A stretch of 64,000 nucleotides of DNA from an uncultured Christensenella sp. (GCA_910583995.1 CAJTYW010000001.1:157366-221365); one strand, 5' to 3'. Positions 49,233 through 58,851 are shown, counted from the stretch's first letter. Notes: a model not told the origin generated them from the letters alone. Program-made: numbers and translations.

Positions 49233-49264
49233 TTTTAGGACAACCACTCTAAATTTTAGGACAA
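49233..49264. repeat. 11-bp direct repeat TTTTAGGACAA x2, 21 bp apart, upstream of the SPOR gene
   Basis: Copies at 49233-49243 and 49254-49264. The proximal copy contains the -35-like TTGTCC (minus strand), 18 nt from TATAAT at 49214-49219. Confidence 0.5.
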
Positions 49265-49287
49265 GCAATAGTGATTTGCAATAAAGA

Positions 49288-49743
49288 TTAATTTAAATCA
49301 GAATATTTTTCTATCAACACGCCGGCTTCATTAAACATTTTAATGCTAAATTCGTCAGGGTAACCTTCGTCAAACACTACTCTTGTTATACCTGAATTGA
49401 TAATCATTTTTGCACAAATAGAACAAGGTTGATGTGTGCAAAATAAAGTAGCACCTTGAACGCTTATACCAAGTTTTGCAGCTTGAATAATTGCATTTTG
49501 CTCTGCGTGAACAGCATAGCAAATTTCGTGTCTTGTGCCACTTGGAATATTCATTTGTTCTCTTAAACAATATCCCCTGTCAACACAACTTGAAATACCA
49601 CTACCAGCTCCGTTATAGCCTGTTGTTAAAATTCTTTTGTCTTTTACAATGACAGCACCGACTTTTCTGTTAACTTTGTAGCAGCTTGACCAAGTAGCAA
49701 CAAGTTTAGCCATATCCATCATTCTTTTATCCCATTTGTTCAT
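49288..49743 (-). CDS. comEB: dCMP deaminase (ComEB family)
   Basis: Start trimmed to ATG 49743. Zinc-binding motifs HAEQNAI and PCSICAKMI. Confidence 0.92.
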   Translation of the reverse strand: MNKWDKRMMDMAKLVATWSSCYKVNRKVGAVIVKDKRILTTGYNGAGSGISSCVDRGYCLREQMNIPSGTRHEICYAVHAEQNAIIQAAKLGISVQGATLFCTHQPCSICAKMIINSGITRVVFDEGYPDEFSIKMFNEAGVLIEKYSDLN

Positions 49744-50032
49744 ATTAACCCCCAAAAGTTATTTATAATTATTTTACTTTTTCATTTTACACCAAAACGT
49801 CAAAAATATCAACAGTTTTATATTTTTTTATTATTAATTTTATTTACAACAAATATTTAAATTTATGATATCAAAATTTGTTACAGCATAATAAATCGCT
49901 AAATATTTTAACTATAAATAAATTAACAATTGTCAATACTATTTTAAATGTAAAAAAGTTACATAATTTTACACATATCGACCTTACATTTAATAACTTT
50001 TGTAATTTCTTTGAAAAATTGTCATTTTCTAC

Positions 50033-50061
50033 TTAACAAATTACTATTGTTATGCTATAAT
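50033..50061 (+). promoter_or_regulatory. sigma-A promoter of groES-groEL (TTAACA-17-TGcTATAAT)
   Basis: TTAACA at 50033-50038. Extended -10 TGCTATAAT ending at 50061. Confidence 0.6.
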
Positions 50062-50069
50062 AAACAATG

Positions 50070-50096
50070 TTAGCAGTCTATTGCTTTGATTGCTAA
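50070..50096 (+). promoter_or_regulatory. CIRCE operator (HrcA binding site)
   Basis: TTAGCAGTC-N9-GATTGCTAA, against the consensus TTAGCACTC-N9-GAGTGCTAA. Lies between the promoter and the groES RBS. Confidence 0.8.
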
Positions 50097-50125
50097 TTTA
50101 CATAGATATTTTTGGAGGTATATAT

Positions 50126-50413
50126 ATGACAATTAAACCATTATTTGACAAAATCGTTATTGAAAGTGTGGAATGTATGGATAAAACTCAAAGCGGTATA
50201 GTTTTACCGGGAACAGCACAAGAAAAGCCACAAATGGCAAAGGTAATCGCAGTTGGTCCTGGCGGAATTATTGACGGCAAAGAAATCGTTATGCAAATCA
50301 AAGTAGGCGATATTATTTTATACAATAAATACGCAGGTTCAGACTTTAAACTTGAAAATAAAGAAGTTACAATTTTAAGACAAGCAGATGTGCTTGCAAT
50401 TGTTGAAAAATAA
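50126..50413 (+). CDS. groES: co-chaperonin GroES
   Basis: Start trimmed to ATG 50126 behind GGAGGT. Canonical IKPL.D...I, GIVLP, AVG.G. Confidence 0.97.
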   Translation: MTIKPLFDKIVIESVECMDKTQSGIVLPGTAQEKPQMAKVIAVGPGGIIDGKEIVMQIKVGDIILYNKYAGSDFKLENKEVTILRQADVLAIVEK

Positions 50414-50432
50414 ATTTTGGAGGAATAGGTAA

Positions 50433-52058
<1,626 letters not shown>

Positions 52059-52123
52059 TAAATAAATTAATACTATAATATCGCATATTATTAAAATAAT
52101 TTAATTTGTCATAAAATAAAATC

Positions 52124-52148
52124 TCGGGACTATTAAAAATAGTCCCGA
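52124..52148. terminator. bidirectional rho-independent terminator shared by groEL (+) and the trpS-operon tail gene (-)
   Basis: 9-bp stem TCGGGACTA/TAGTCCCGA with a 7-nt loop. T-run downstream on the plus strand, A-run upstream. Confidence 0.8.
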
Positions 52149-52179
52149 TTTTTGTTGTATTTTATTAATTTTTTTTAGT

Positions 52180-52887
52180 TTAGGCATCTTTATTGTCACT
52201 ATCGTCTTGCTCGTTATTCACTATACTGCCATTATCATTACTAGAGTCCAAATCTGTGTTATTTTTAAAAATATCATTACTTGAATTATTCTCTTTTTCT
52301 TCTTCACTATTATACATAATGTCATCTGGTGTAGTTGTTTTTGAAGTCTTTTTAATGATTTTGTTAATTATATAAGTAAAGTTTTTAAATATCAAGTGCA
52401 TTAACAAATCATATATCAAAAATAATGGTATACCTGCAAGACTAATTATCAAATAAGTCAATTTAATAGTTTTACCAAAAAGTACAAATGTTGGTATAAT
52501 TGCATTAAATAAAAACCAAAATATTGCGATAATAATTTCAAAATATGCAATTTTAATTGCATAACCGATTGTGTATTTTAAGATTTTACTTTTTATTAAT
52601 TTATAAAGTTTTTGTTCAACTGTCCACTGAATTATTGTATAAGCACCAAAAAATAATATGAATGGCAAAGCATTTATATTACCTATTAAAAAAGCTATAA
52701 TACTTGTAGCAACATAGGATAATATCCCGCCTAACCAATATTTTTGAGTAAGTGGCATTTGAATGCACACTGCTGCCAATACAGCAAAAGATAAAGTCAT
52801 AAATTCCACATAAATAGAACCGACTACACAAATAAGTGCCATTGCACAAGAAATACCTGACAAGGCAATTATATGACTTCTTTTCAT
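52180..52887 (-). CDS. polytopic membrane protein of unknown function with an acidic, N/S/D-rich C-terminal tail
   Basis: 235 aa. About 5-6 hydrophobic helices, then a low-complexity tail. RBS AGGTGA overlaps the end of the upstream J-like gene. Confidence 0.6.
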   Translation of the reverse strand: MKRSHIIALSGISCAMALICVVGSIYVEFMTLSFAVLAAVCIQMPLTQKYWLGGILSYVATSIIAFLIGNINALPFILFFGAYTIIQWTVEQKLYKLIKSKILKYTIGYAIKIAYFEIIIAIFWFLFNAIIPTFVLFGKTIKLTYLIISLAGIPLFLIYDLLMHLIFKNFTYIINKIIKKTSKTTTPDDIMYNSEEEKENNSSNDIFKNNTDLDSSNDNGSIVNNEQDDSDNKDA

Positions 52888-52899
52888 TACTTCACCTTT

Positions 52900-53553
52900 T
52901 TAGCAACAGCTAATCAAATCTCCACCACAGCACTCACAACAAGTGTCACAGCAATACAAAGTGCAGCAAGTATTACAACAAGCATCTGCATTACGTTGAG
53001 AATTGCTCATTTGCGGTTCAGTATAACCGCCTCTGTTTTGCCCATTATATTGTGTACCTGTATTTTGATTAGGATTTTGATTTACAAATGGGTCGCTTTG
53101 TGCCATATCTTCGTTAAGTTTACGAAGAGCTTCGGCATATTTGTAATTTTTAGGCTCCATACTTACACAAATCTCAAGTTGAGTTTTGCTATCACTAAGC
53201 CATTTTTTCTTATAATAAACTATAGATTGATAATAGTGCCATTCAGCATCTCGTGTATCAATACTATCAAGTTTAGATTGAGCTTCAATCAATTTATCTT
53301 GCTTAATAAGGCTACCTACTTCTTCATATACTCTGCTTGAGTCTGCAACAGTAGCTTTATCGTGCAAACTATTTTGACATTCTGTATATGCCCACTCTAA
53401 TTCTTCTAGCTTTCTGATTGCTTCCGCTCCAGCTTCACCTTCAAGAAATCTGTCAGCTTTATATTTATTTTGCAATGTTGTATAAGCATCTTGTAATTCT
53501 GCAAAAGTTGCATCTTCACTGACACCTAAAATCAAATACGGATTTTTTTGCAA
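52900..53553 (-). CDS. J-like domain protein with TPR-like middle region and C-terminal cysteine string
   Basis: Best start is TTG 53553 behind GGGAGGAAAGG. The ATG at 53604 has no RBS and lies inside the upstream gene.
- J-domain helices NPYLILGV....A...EL..AY..L..KY, but HPD is replaced by KAD.
- TPR-like AEWHYYQSIVYYKKKW...MEPKNYKYAEAL.
- Q/N-rich linker.
- Final 26 residues CCNTCCTLYCCDTCCECCGGDLISCC (12 Cys as six CC pairs). Confidence 0.75.
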   Translation of the reverse strand: MQKNPYLILGVSEDATFAELQDAYTTLQNKYKADRFLEGEAGAEAIRKLEELEWAYTECQNSLHDKATVADSSRVYEEVGSLIKQDKLIEAQSKLDSIDTRDAEWHYYQSIVYYKKKWLSDSKTQLEICVSMEPKNYKYAEALRKLNEDMAQSDPFVNQNPNQNTGTQYNGQNRGGYTEPQMSNSQRNADACCNTCCTLYCCDTCCECCGGDLISCC

Positions 53554-54407
53554 TTTCCTTTCCTCCCTAAAACATCTTGTGTTCTCATCAATATGCCATA
53601 CCATAAAATATTGGTTATAGCACCTTCATTAAATTTGAGCTCAATATTTTTATACGCATTTTTAATTGCGTTATAACTTGACATTAACAAAAATTCAAGT
53701 TCTTTACCTTTATCTTCAAAAAACTTATCTTGATTTTGATAATTATACCCTACAAAAAATGGATTAAACTCTTTGTTTTTAAAGTCTTTTTCTACATCGT
53801 CGACTGCATCAATAATATATACCCACTTGCCTAAGTAGTAAAACATATTTTCTATATCACTACTGCATTTATCGCCAAGTACACTTTTTACCGACTGACT
53901 TAGCATATTTGCAAACGGGTCTGCAAGCATATCAATACTAAAAGTCCCCTGTTTTTCCATATCACGCAATCTTTCATATTCACTAGCAAAAAGATTGTCA
54001 AGTTCAGGAAAATTCTTTTTAGCTTTTTTGTATTTGCCACTAACAACTAAACTTCTTGCAAGGCTTTTTGCAATATCTGCCTTTTTGCTATCTAGTTTAT
54101 CGTCAAGCAATTTATAATACATAAGCAACGTATTAATATCAACAACTTTATCTGTAAGCTCATCGCCTTTTACAACTGTCTTTTTTTTAGGCGATAAAAT
54201 ACAAGGTTCGTCGTGATATTTAGGAGAAACTTCCATAACAGCGTGACAAAACATATCAAAAAATACCATATCATAGTTGGTGCTAATTCTCATTAATTGT
54301 CCGCAATCTATACCAATTCGCTTACAAAGTCCACAATAATACGCTTTGTAATTATAGTAGTCTTTCATAAACATATTCATTTTGTCAGGTATTACATATC
54401 CGAACAT
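53532..54407 (-). CDS. conserved hypothetical protein (DUF5685-like by memory)
   Basis: 291 aa. N-terminus MFGYVIPDK....K.YY.YKAYYCGLCK.IG..CG...R...NYD. Asp-rich IIDAVDDVEKD later. ATG overlaps the trpS stop (TAATG). Confidence 0.6.
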   Translation of the reverse strand: MFGYVIPDKMNMFMKDYYNYKAYYCGLCKRIGIDCGQLMRISTNYDMVFFDMFCHAVMEVSPKYHDEPCILSPKKKTVVKGDELTDKVVDINTLLMYYKLLDDKLDSKKADIAKSLARSLVVSGKYKKAKKNFPELDNLFASEYERLRDMEKQGTFSIDMLADPFANMLSQSVKSVLGDKCSSDIENMFYYLGKWVYIIDAVDDVEKDFKNKEFNPFFVGYNYQNQDKFFEDKGKELEFLLMSSYNAIKNAYKNIELKFNEGAITNILWYGILMRTQDVLGRKGNCKKIRI

Positions 54408-55405
54408 TATAGTTGTACCAATCCAACTTTTTTATAAACTTTTCTTAGAGTTTTGCGAGCAATGCTAGATGCTTGTTCTTGTCCGCGTTTAGCAATAGCC
54501 ATAAGTCCTTCTTTGTCCTTAATTAGTTCTTCATATCTTGACTTAATAGGAGCTAAAAGTGTAGCAACACTTGTACCAACCGCTTCTTTTAATGCAGCAT
54601 AAGATAATCCTTGCAATTCTTTAACAGCATTATCAATTGAAATACCTTTGCTACAAGCATAAATAGTTATAAGGTTTGATATACCTGGTTTGTCTTCACC
54701 AAATCTAATCTCATTATCGCTATCTGTTACTGCTCTTTTAAATTTACGCATAATATCGTCTTCGCTATCAAGAATAGAAATTGTCGCATTAGGGTTTTCA
54801 TCACTCTTGCTCATTTTTGCAAGTGGATTTTGCAAGCTCATAATTTTTGCACCGACATTTGAAATAAGTGGTTCAGGAACTGTAAAAGTAGGACTATAAG
54901 CATTGTTAAACCTAATTGCCAAATCTCTTGCAATTTCCAAATGTTGCTTTTGGTCAACGCCTACTGGCACAAGAGATGTGTTATATAGCAAAATATCAGA
55001 TGCCATTAAAACTGGATAATCCATAAGTCCCATATTTACATTGTCAGGGTGTTTTAATGATTTTTCCTTAAATTGTGTCATACGACTTGCTTCACCTACA
55101 TAAGTATAGCAATTTAAAATCCAAGTTAGTTCTGCGTGTTCGTGTACGTGTGACTGAAAATACATAATATTCTTTTCAGGGTCTAAGCCACAAGCTAAAT
55201 ATTGCGCAAAAAAAGATAAAGCACGATTCCTAAACTCTGCAGGAACTTGTCTTACTGTTAAAGAATGTAAATCTGCAATACTGAATATACATTGATACTC
55301 TTCATTATTTTGTAATTTTAGCCAATTGGAAAGTGCACCTATATAATTGCCTAAAGTAACTAAGCCTGTAGGTTGAATACCGCTGTAAATAATTTTTTTG
55401 TCCAT
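54407..55405 (-). CDS. trpS: tryptophan--tRNA ligase
   Basis: 332 aa. Class I motifs: HIGH-like (GIQPTG..TLGNYIG) and KMSKS (AKMSKS). Confidence 0.96.
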   Translation of the reverse strand: MDKKIIYSGIQPTGLVTLGNYIGALSNWLKLQNNEEYQCIFSIADLHSLTVRQVPAEFRNRALSFFAQYLACGLDPEKNIMYFQSHVHEHAELTWILNCYTYVGEASRMTQFKEKSLKHPDNVNMGLMDYPVLMASDILLYNTSLVPVGVDQKQHLEIARDLAIRFNNAYSPTFTVPEPLISNVGAKIMSLQNPLAKMSKSDENPNATISILDSEDDIMRKFKRAVTDSDNEIRFGEDKPGISNLITIYACSKGISIDNAVKELQGLSYAALKEAVGTSVATLLAPIKSRYEELIKDKEGLMAIAKRGQEQASSIARKTLRKVYKKVGLVQL

Positions 55406-55436
55406 AAAGCACCTCCAAATTAATATAATTTAGTAA

Positions 55437-55465
55437 ATTATACCATATATTTTAATAAAAGTAAA
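55437..55465 (-). promoter_or_regulatory. sigma-A promoter of trpS (TTTACT-17-TGgTATAAT)
   Basis: Extended -10 lies about 20 nt upstream of the GGAGGT RBS, implying a leader of only about 30 nt. Confidence 0.5.
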
Positions 55466-55612
55466 TAGATTTAAGACTTATTTTATTTATATAGACACAA
55501 ATAGCTTTAATATTGTGTAATTAATTTAAGTTTTTTGCATAATTCGACATTGTAGTTTATATTAAATTAATTAAGCTTAAAAACTATCAAAAATCGGCAC
55601 TAAAACAAAAAA

Positions 55613-55632
55613 TTGTGTGAAATATCACACAA
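55613..55632. terminator. rho-independent terminator after the 45-aa ORF (A-run/T-run flanked)
   Basis: 8-bp stem TTGTGTGA/TCACACAA with a 4-nt loop, flanked by AAAAA and TTTTTTT. Confidence 0.75.
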
Positions 55633-55642
55633 TTTTTTTAGT

Positions 55643-55780
55643 TTAGTCCATCATTTCTTTATATTTGCTTTTCATTTTTTTTGCAAACTTTTTCATTGTT
55701 TTTTCTAATTTACTATCTGACATACACGCATAAGTTGCAATTGCCCCTGCTGCACAGCCAAGCAGAATTCCAACTTTCAT
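55643..55780 (-). CDS. 45-aa small membrane-associated protein (MKVGILLGCAAGAIATYACMSDSKLEKTMKKFAKKMKSKYKEMMD)
   Basis: Not in the ORF track. ATG 55780 is preceded by GGAGGTG at ideal spacing. Hydrophobic Gly/Ala-rich N-half and Lys-rich amphipathic C-half. Has its own terminator 3 nt after the stop. Confidence 0.55.
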   Translation of the reverse strand: MKVGILLGCAAGAIATYACMSDSKLEKTMKKFAKKMKSKYKEMMD

Positions 55781-55850
55781 AATTCACCTCCTAAAGATAG
55801 TTTGGTTAAAAAAGTTTAAATTATTAAAGCTGTAGCAAAATACTTTGCAT

Positions 55851-55870
55851 TTACTAACTTTTACTAACTA
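55851..55870. repeat. tandem 10-bp repeat TTACTAACT(T/A) x2 upstream of the 45-aa ORF
   Basis: Two adjacent copies, 9/10 identical, 71-90 nt upstream of the ATG. Confidence 0.6.
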
Positions 55871-55993
55871 CTTGCACAGCTAACATTAACGTTCTTTAAA
55901 ATTTTTTTTAAAAATAAATTGTATTAACAAAGGCGATAAATAATAAATTAATACCGATTTTCATTAGAGTTTAGTGTATAATGTGATAAAAAA

Positions 55994-56015
55994 ACACCAA
56001 ATAAATATTCGGTGT
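55994..56015 (-). terminator. rho-independent terminator after nifU
   Basis: Stem ACACCAAAT/ATTCGGTGT (one mismatch). Followed on the minus strand by TTTTTTT. Confidence 0.55.
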
Positions 56016-56026
56016 TTTTTAATTTC

Positions 56027-56398
56027 TTATTTACTTTTTTTCTCTCTGTAATCCTCTACAGCTTTTTTAATAGCTTCTTCTGCCAAAACAGAACAATGTA
56101 TTTTTTGTGGTGGCAAACCTTGTAAAGTTTCAACAACATCTCTATTTTTAATATCCAAAGCTTCGTCAAGAGTTTTACCAATTACCATTTGTGTTGCAAC
56201 TGAACTGCTCGCAATTGCCGCAGCACAGCCAAAAGTCCTAAACTTTGCATCAGTTATAACATCATTTTCTATTTTAAGACTTATTTCCATTATATCACCG
56301 CAAGAAGCATTTCCAACTTTGCCAACACCATCTGCATCTTCGATAAAACCAACATTTTTAGGTTCTGCAAATTCTTTCATTACTCTTTCGTTATACAT
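56027..56398 (-). CDS. nifU: Fe-S cluster assembly scaffold protein (IscU/NifU N-terminal type)
   Basis: 123 aa. Three conserved Cys contexts: NASCGD, FGCAAAIASS, KIHCS. Confidence 0.93.
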   Translation of the reverse strand: MYNERVMKEFAEPKNVGFIEDADGVGKVGNASCGDIMEISLKIENDVITDAKFRTFGCAAAIASSSVATQMVIGKTLDEALDIKNRDVVETLQGLPPQKIHCSVLAEEAIKKAVEDYREKKSK

Positions 56399-57581
56399 AT
56401 TTGTTTTCTCCTTTTTTCTTTAAAAATAGTGGTGATAATTCTCTTAAATCATTTACTATTTTTACTAAATTCTCTACGCAATAATCAATCTCTTCTTTTG
56501 TATTGTTTTTACCAAAACTGAATCTTAATGAGCCGTGAGCAAGCTCTATAGCTCTTCCAGTTGCAAGTAATACATAAGAAGGCTCTAAGCTACCTGAAGA
56601 ACAAGCTGAACCGCTTGACACAGAAATTCCTGCCAAATCAAGTCTTAATAGCAATGACTCCCCTTCAATAAATTCAAAGCTAAAGTTTGCATTTGATGCA
56701 AGTCTTTTATCCGATTTAGTGCCATTGTAATACACATTGTCAATTTTGCTTTCAACTTGGCTAACAAAATAATCTCTAAGTTCAGATACATATTTGTTGT
56801 TTTTATCCATATCTCTAACTGCAATTTCAATAGCTTTTCCTAAACCTACAATACCAGGTGTATTCAAAGTACCGGCACGCATATTTCTTTCCTGCTCGCC
56901 ACCTGTCATAAAACTGCCTAATCTTATACCATTACGCCTATATAAAACGCCAATGCCTTTGGGTCCGTAAAACTTATGAGCAGACATTGATAATAAATCA
57001 ATATTCATTTCTTTAACATCAATTTCAACATTACCTATTGCTTGTACGCTATCTGTATGGAAAATGATTTTATTTTCTTTAGCAATGCTACCGATAGTTT
57101 TTATGTCCTGAATTGTACCAATTTCGTTATTTGCAGTCATTACAGATATAAGTACTGTATCTGGTCTTATAGCATTTTTCAATTCTTCAATTGAAATAAA
57201 GCCTTCGCTATCTACTCCTAAAAAAGTTACTTCAGCAAGTCCGTTTTTTTGAAGGGTGTCAAGCGTTTTTATCATAGCTGGATGTTCAATGCAAGTTGTA
57301 ATAATATGCTTACCTTTGTCCTTGTATCCTTCCAAAACTCCACGAATTGCCCAATTGTCAGACTCTGTACCACCACTTGTAAAATAAATTTCACTTGCTT
57401 TAGCACCAATAGCATCTGCAACCTGTCTTCTTGCGATATCTATATATTTTCCCGCTTCCCTACCGTGAAAATGTTGAGAACTACCATTACCATAAACTTC
57501 TGTAAAGAAAGGTAACATTTCATCTAAAACTTCTCTACTTGTAGGTGTTGTAGCGGAATGGTCAAAGTATATTTTATTCAT
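56391..57581 (-). CDS. nifS: cysteine desulfurase (NifS/IscS type)
   Basis: Start trimmed to ATG 57581 behind GGAGGAG. PLP-Lys context SAHKFYGPKG. Active-site loop SSGSACSS. Confidence 0.95.
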   Translation of the reverse strand: MNKIYFDHSATTPTSREVLDEMLPFFTEVYGNGSSQHFHGREAGKYIDIARRQVADAIGAKASEIYFTSGGTESDNWAIRGVLEGYKDKGKHIITTCIEHPAMIKTLDTLQKNGLAEVTFLGVDSEGFISIEELKNAIRPDTVLISVMTANNEIGTIQDIKTIGSIAKENKIIFHTDSVQAIGNVEIDVKEMNIDLLSMSAHKFYGPKGIGVLYRRNGIRLGSFMTGGEQERNMRAGTLNTPGIVGLGKAIEIAVRDMDKNNKYVSELRDYFVSQVESKIDNVYYNGTKSDKRLASNANFSFEFIEGESLLLRLDLAGISVSSGSACSSGSLEPSYVLLATGRAIELAHGSLRFSFGKNNTKEEIDYCVENLVKIVNDLRELSPLFLKKKGENKYV

Positions 57582-57972
57582 TTTCTCCTCCGTCGCAAAT
57601 TTCAATTAATTTCATATTATTAAGAGAATTATTTATTGTATCATAAAGCTTTTGCCAAACAGTATAACATTTACACTTATTTTCACACTCACCAGTTATA
57701 CAATCGACAAATTTCAAATCATCTTCAAGCACTCTTAAAATTTCGCCAACGCTAATATCTTGCGGACTTTTTGCAAGTTTGTATCCACCACCTGCACCAC
57801 GTACCGAAAGTATTAATCCTGACCTTTTTAGTATTGCCATTAGTTGCTCAAGATAAGCTTCAGACGTTTTTGTATTTTCTGCAATTTGAGCTATGCTAAC
57901 TACTTCATCATATTTAACGGCAAGTTCGCACATTGCTTTTAATCCATATCTTGATTTTGACGATAATTTCAT
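57574..57972 (-). CDS. iscR: Rrf2 family transcriptional regulator (IscR-like)
   Basis: Start trimmed to ATG 57972 (MKLSSKSRYGLKAM). wHTH. Cys cluster C..GEC....C consistent with Fe-S ligation. Overlaps the nifS start. Confidence 0.88.
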   Translation of the reverse strand: MKLSSKSRYGLKAMCELAVKYDEVVSIAQIAENTKTSEAYLEQLMAILKRSGLILSVRGAGGGYKLAKSPQDISVGEILRVLEDDLKFVDCITGECENKCKCYTVWQKLYDTINNSLNNMKLIEICDGGENE

Positions 57973-57981
57973 ATAAATAAT

Positions 57982-58000
57982 TCCTACTATTTTACTAGGA
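57982..58000. promoter_or_regulatory. inverted repeat TCCTAGTA-AAA-TAGTAGGA at the iscR transcription start (candidate Rrf2 operator)
   Basis: 7/8-matching 8-bp arms. Begins 3 nt downstream of the -10 hexamer and ends 9 nt before the iscR ATG. Confidence 0.4.
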
Positions 58001-58003
58001 TTA

Positions 58004-58032
58004 ATTTTAACATATATTTTTTTTATTGTCAA
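58004..58032 (-). promoter_or_regulatory. sigma-A promoter of iscR-nifS-nifU (TTGACA-17-TAAAAT)
   Basis: Hexamers read on the minus strand with a 17-nt spacer. Confidence 0.55.
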
Positions 58033-58149
58033 CACTTTTAAGTATTTATTTGTTTAAATAATATACATAAATCTGCCAATATTATTAAAATTACCAAATA
58101 TGTATAAAAATAACGATACATATAGCAAACAGTAAAATTCTCTTAAATA

Positions 58150-58851
58150 TTATCTGTTTATTAATGAATGTTCAAGTAAATAATCTTTCATTTTTTGCAA
58201 AGCTTTTTTTTCTATTCTACTTACATAAGAACGCGAAATTTTCATCATATTAGCAATTTCAATTTGAGTGTATATTGCAGAGTTCTGCAAACCATACCTA
58301 AGCCTTATTATTTCATATTCTCTGTCGGATAATATTTTTTGCATAATATCCATTAGTTTTTCCGCCATAATTTCATTTTCTACTTGTTGGAACACACCTT
58401 CTTCGTCTGTTGCAATAATATCAATAAATGAAATTTCATTTCCATCTTTATCGAAACTTAGCGGCTCATACAAGGAGCGGTCTTGTATTCTTTTTTTAGA
58501 TGCTCTGAGCGTCATTAATATTTCATTTTCAATACATCTTGCAGCATAAGTTGCAAGCCCAGTGCCTTTACCTTTAGAATATGTTTTTACAGCTTTAATA
58601 AGTCCCAATGAACCAACAGAAATCAATTCGTCTGTATCATAATAATTATTGTATTTTTTTACTACGTGTATAACAAGTCGCATATTGTGTTTTATTAATT
58701 TATCTCTTGCTTCGATGTCTCCTTCTGCTATCCTATCCAGCAGCTCGGATTCTGTTTGTTTGTCAAGCGGTTTAGGAAAATTTCCGTCCGACCCAACATA
58801 ACAAGTTTGAAAAATAACATTAGATAAAAAATCAAATACTCCCGAAATCAT
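58150..58851 (-). CDS. sigK: RNA polymerase sporulation sigma factor SigK (pro-sigma-K), uninterrupted
   Basis: 233 aa. Pro-sequence MISGVFDFL...YVGSDGNFPKPL parallels B. subtilis pro-SigK (YVKNNAFPQPL). Motif HNMRLVIHVVKKY. A single intact ORF. Confidence 0.88.
   Translation of the reverse strand: MISGVFDFLSNVIFQTCYVGSDGNFPKPLDKQTESELLDRIAEGDIEARDKLIKHNMRLVIHVVKKYNNYYDTDELISVGSLGLIKAVKTYSKGKGTGLATYAARCIENEILMTLRASKKRIQDRSLYEPLSFDKDGNEISFIDIIATDEEGVFQQVENEIMAEKLMDIMQKILSDREYEIIRLRYGLQNSAIYTQIEIANMMKISRSYVSRIEKKALQKMKDYLLEHSLINR

Noticed and set aside
52180-52887. Idea that the membrane protein at the end of the trpS operon is a TrpP-like tryptophan (ECF S-component) transporter.
   Set aside because: Only generic polytopic-membrane resemblance. 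I could not align it convincingly to my memory of B. subtilis TrpP, and there is no TRAP site over its RBS. Left as unknown function.
58150-58851. Possible skin-like intervening element or split sigK.
   Set aside because: sigK is a single uninterrupted 233-codon ORF with both the pro-sequence and region 4. No recombinase is nearby.
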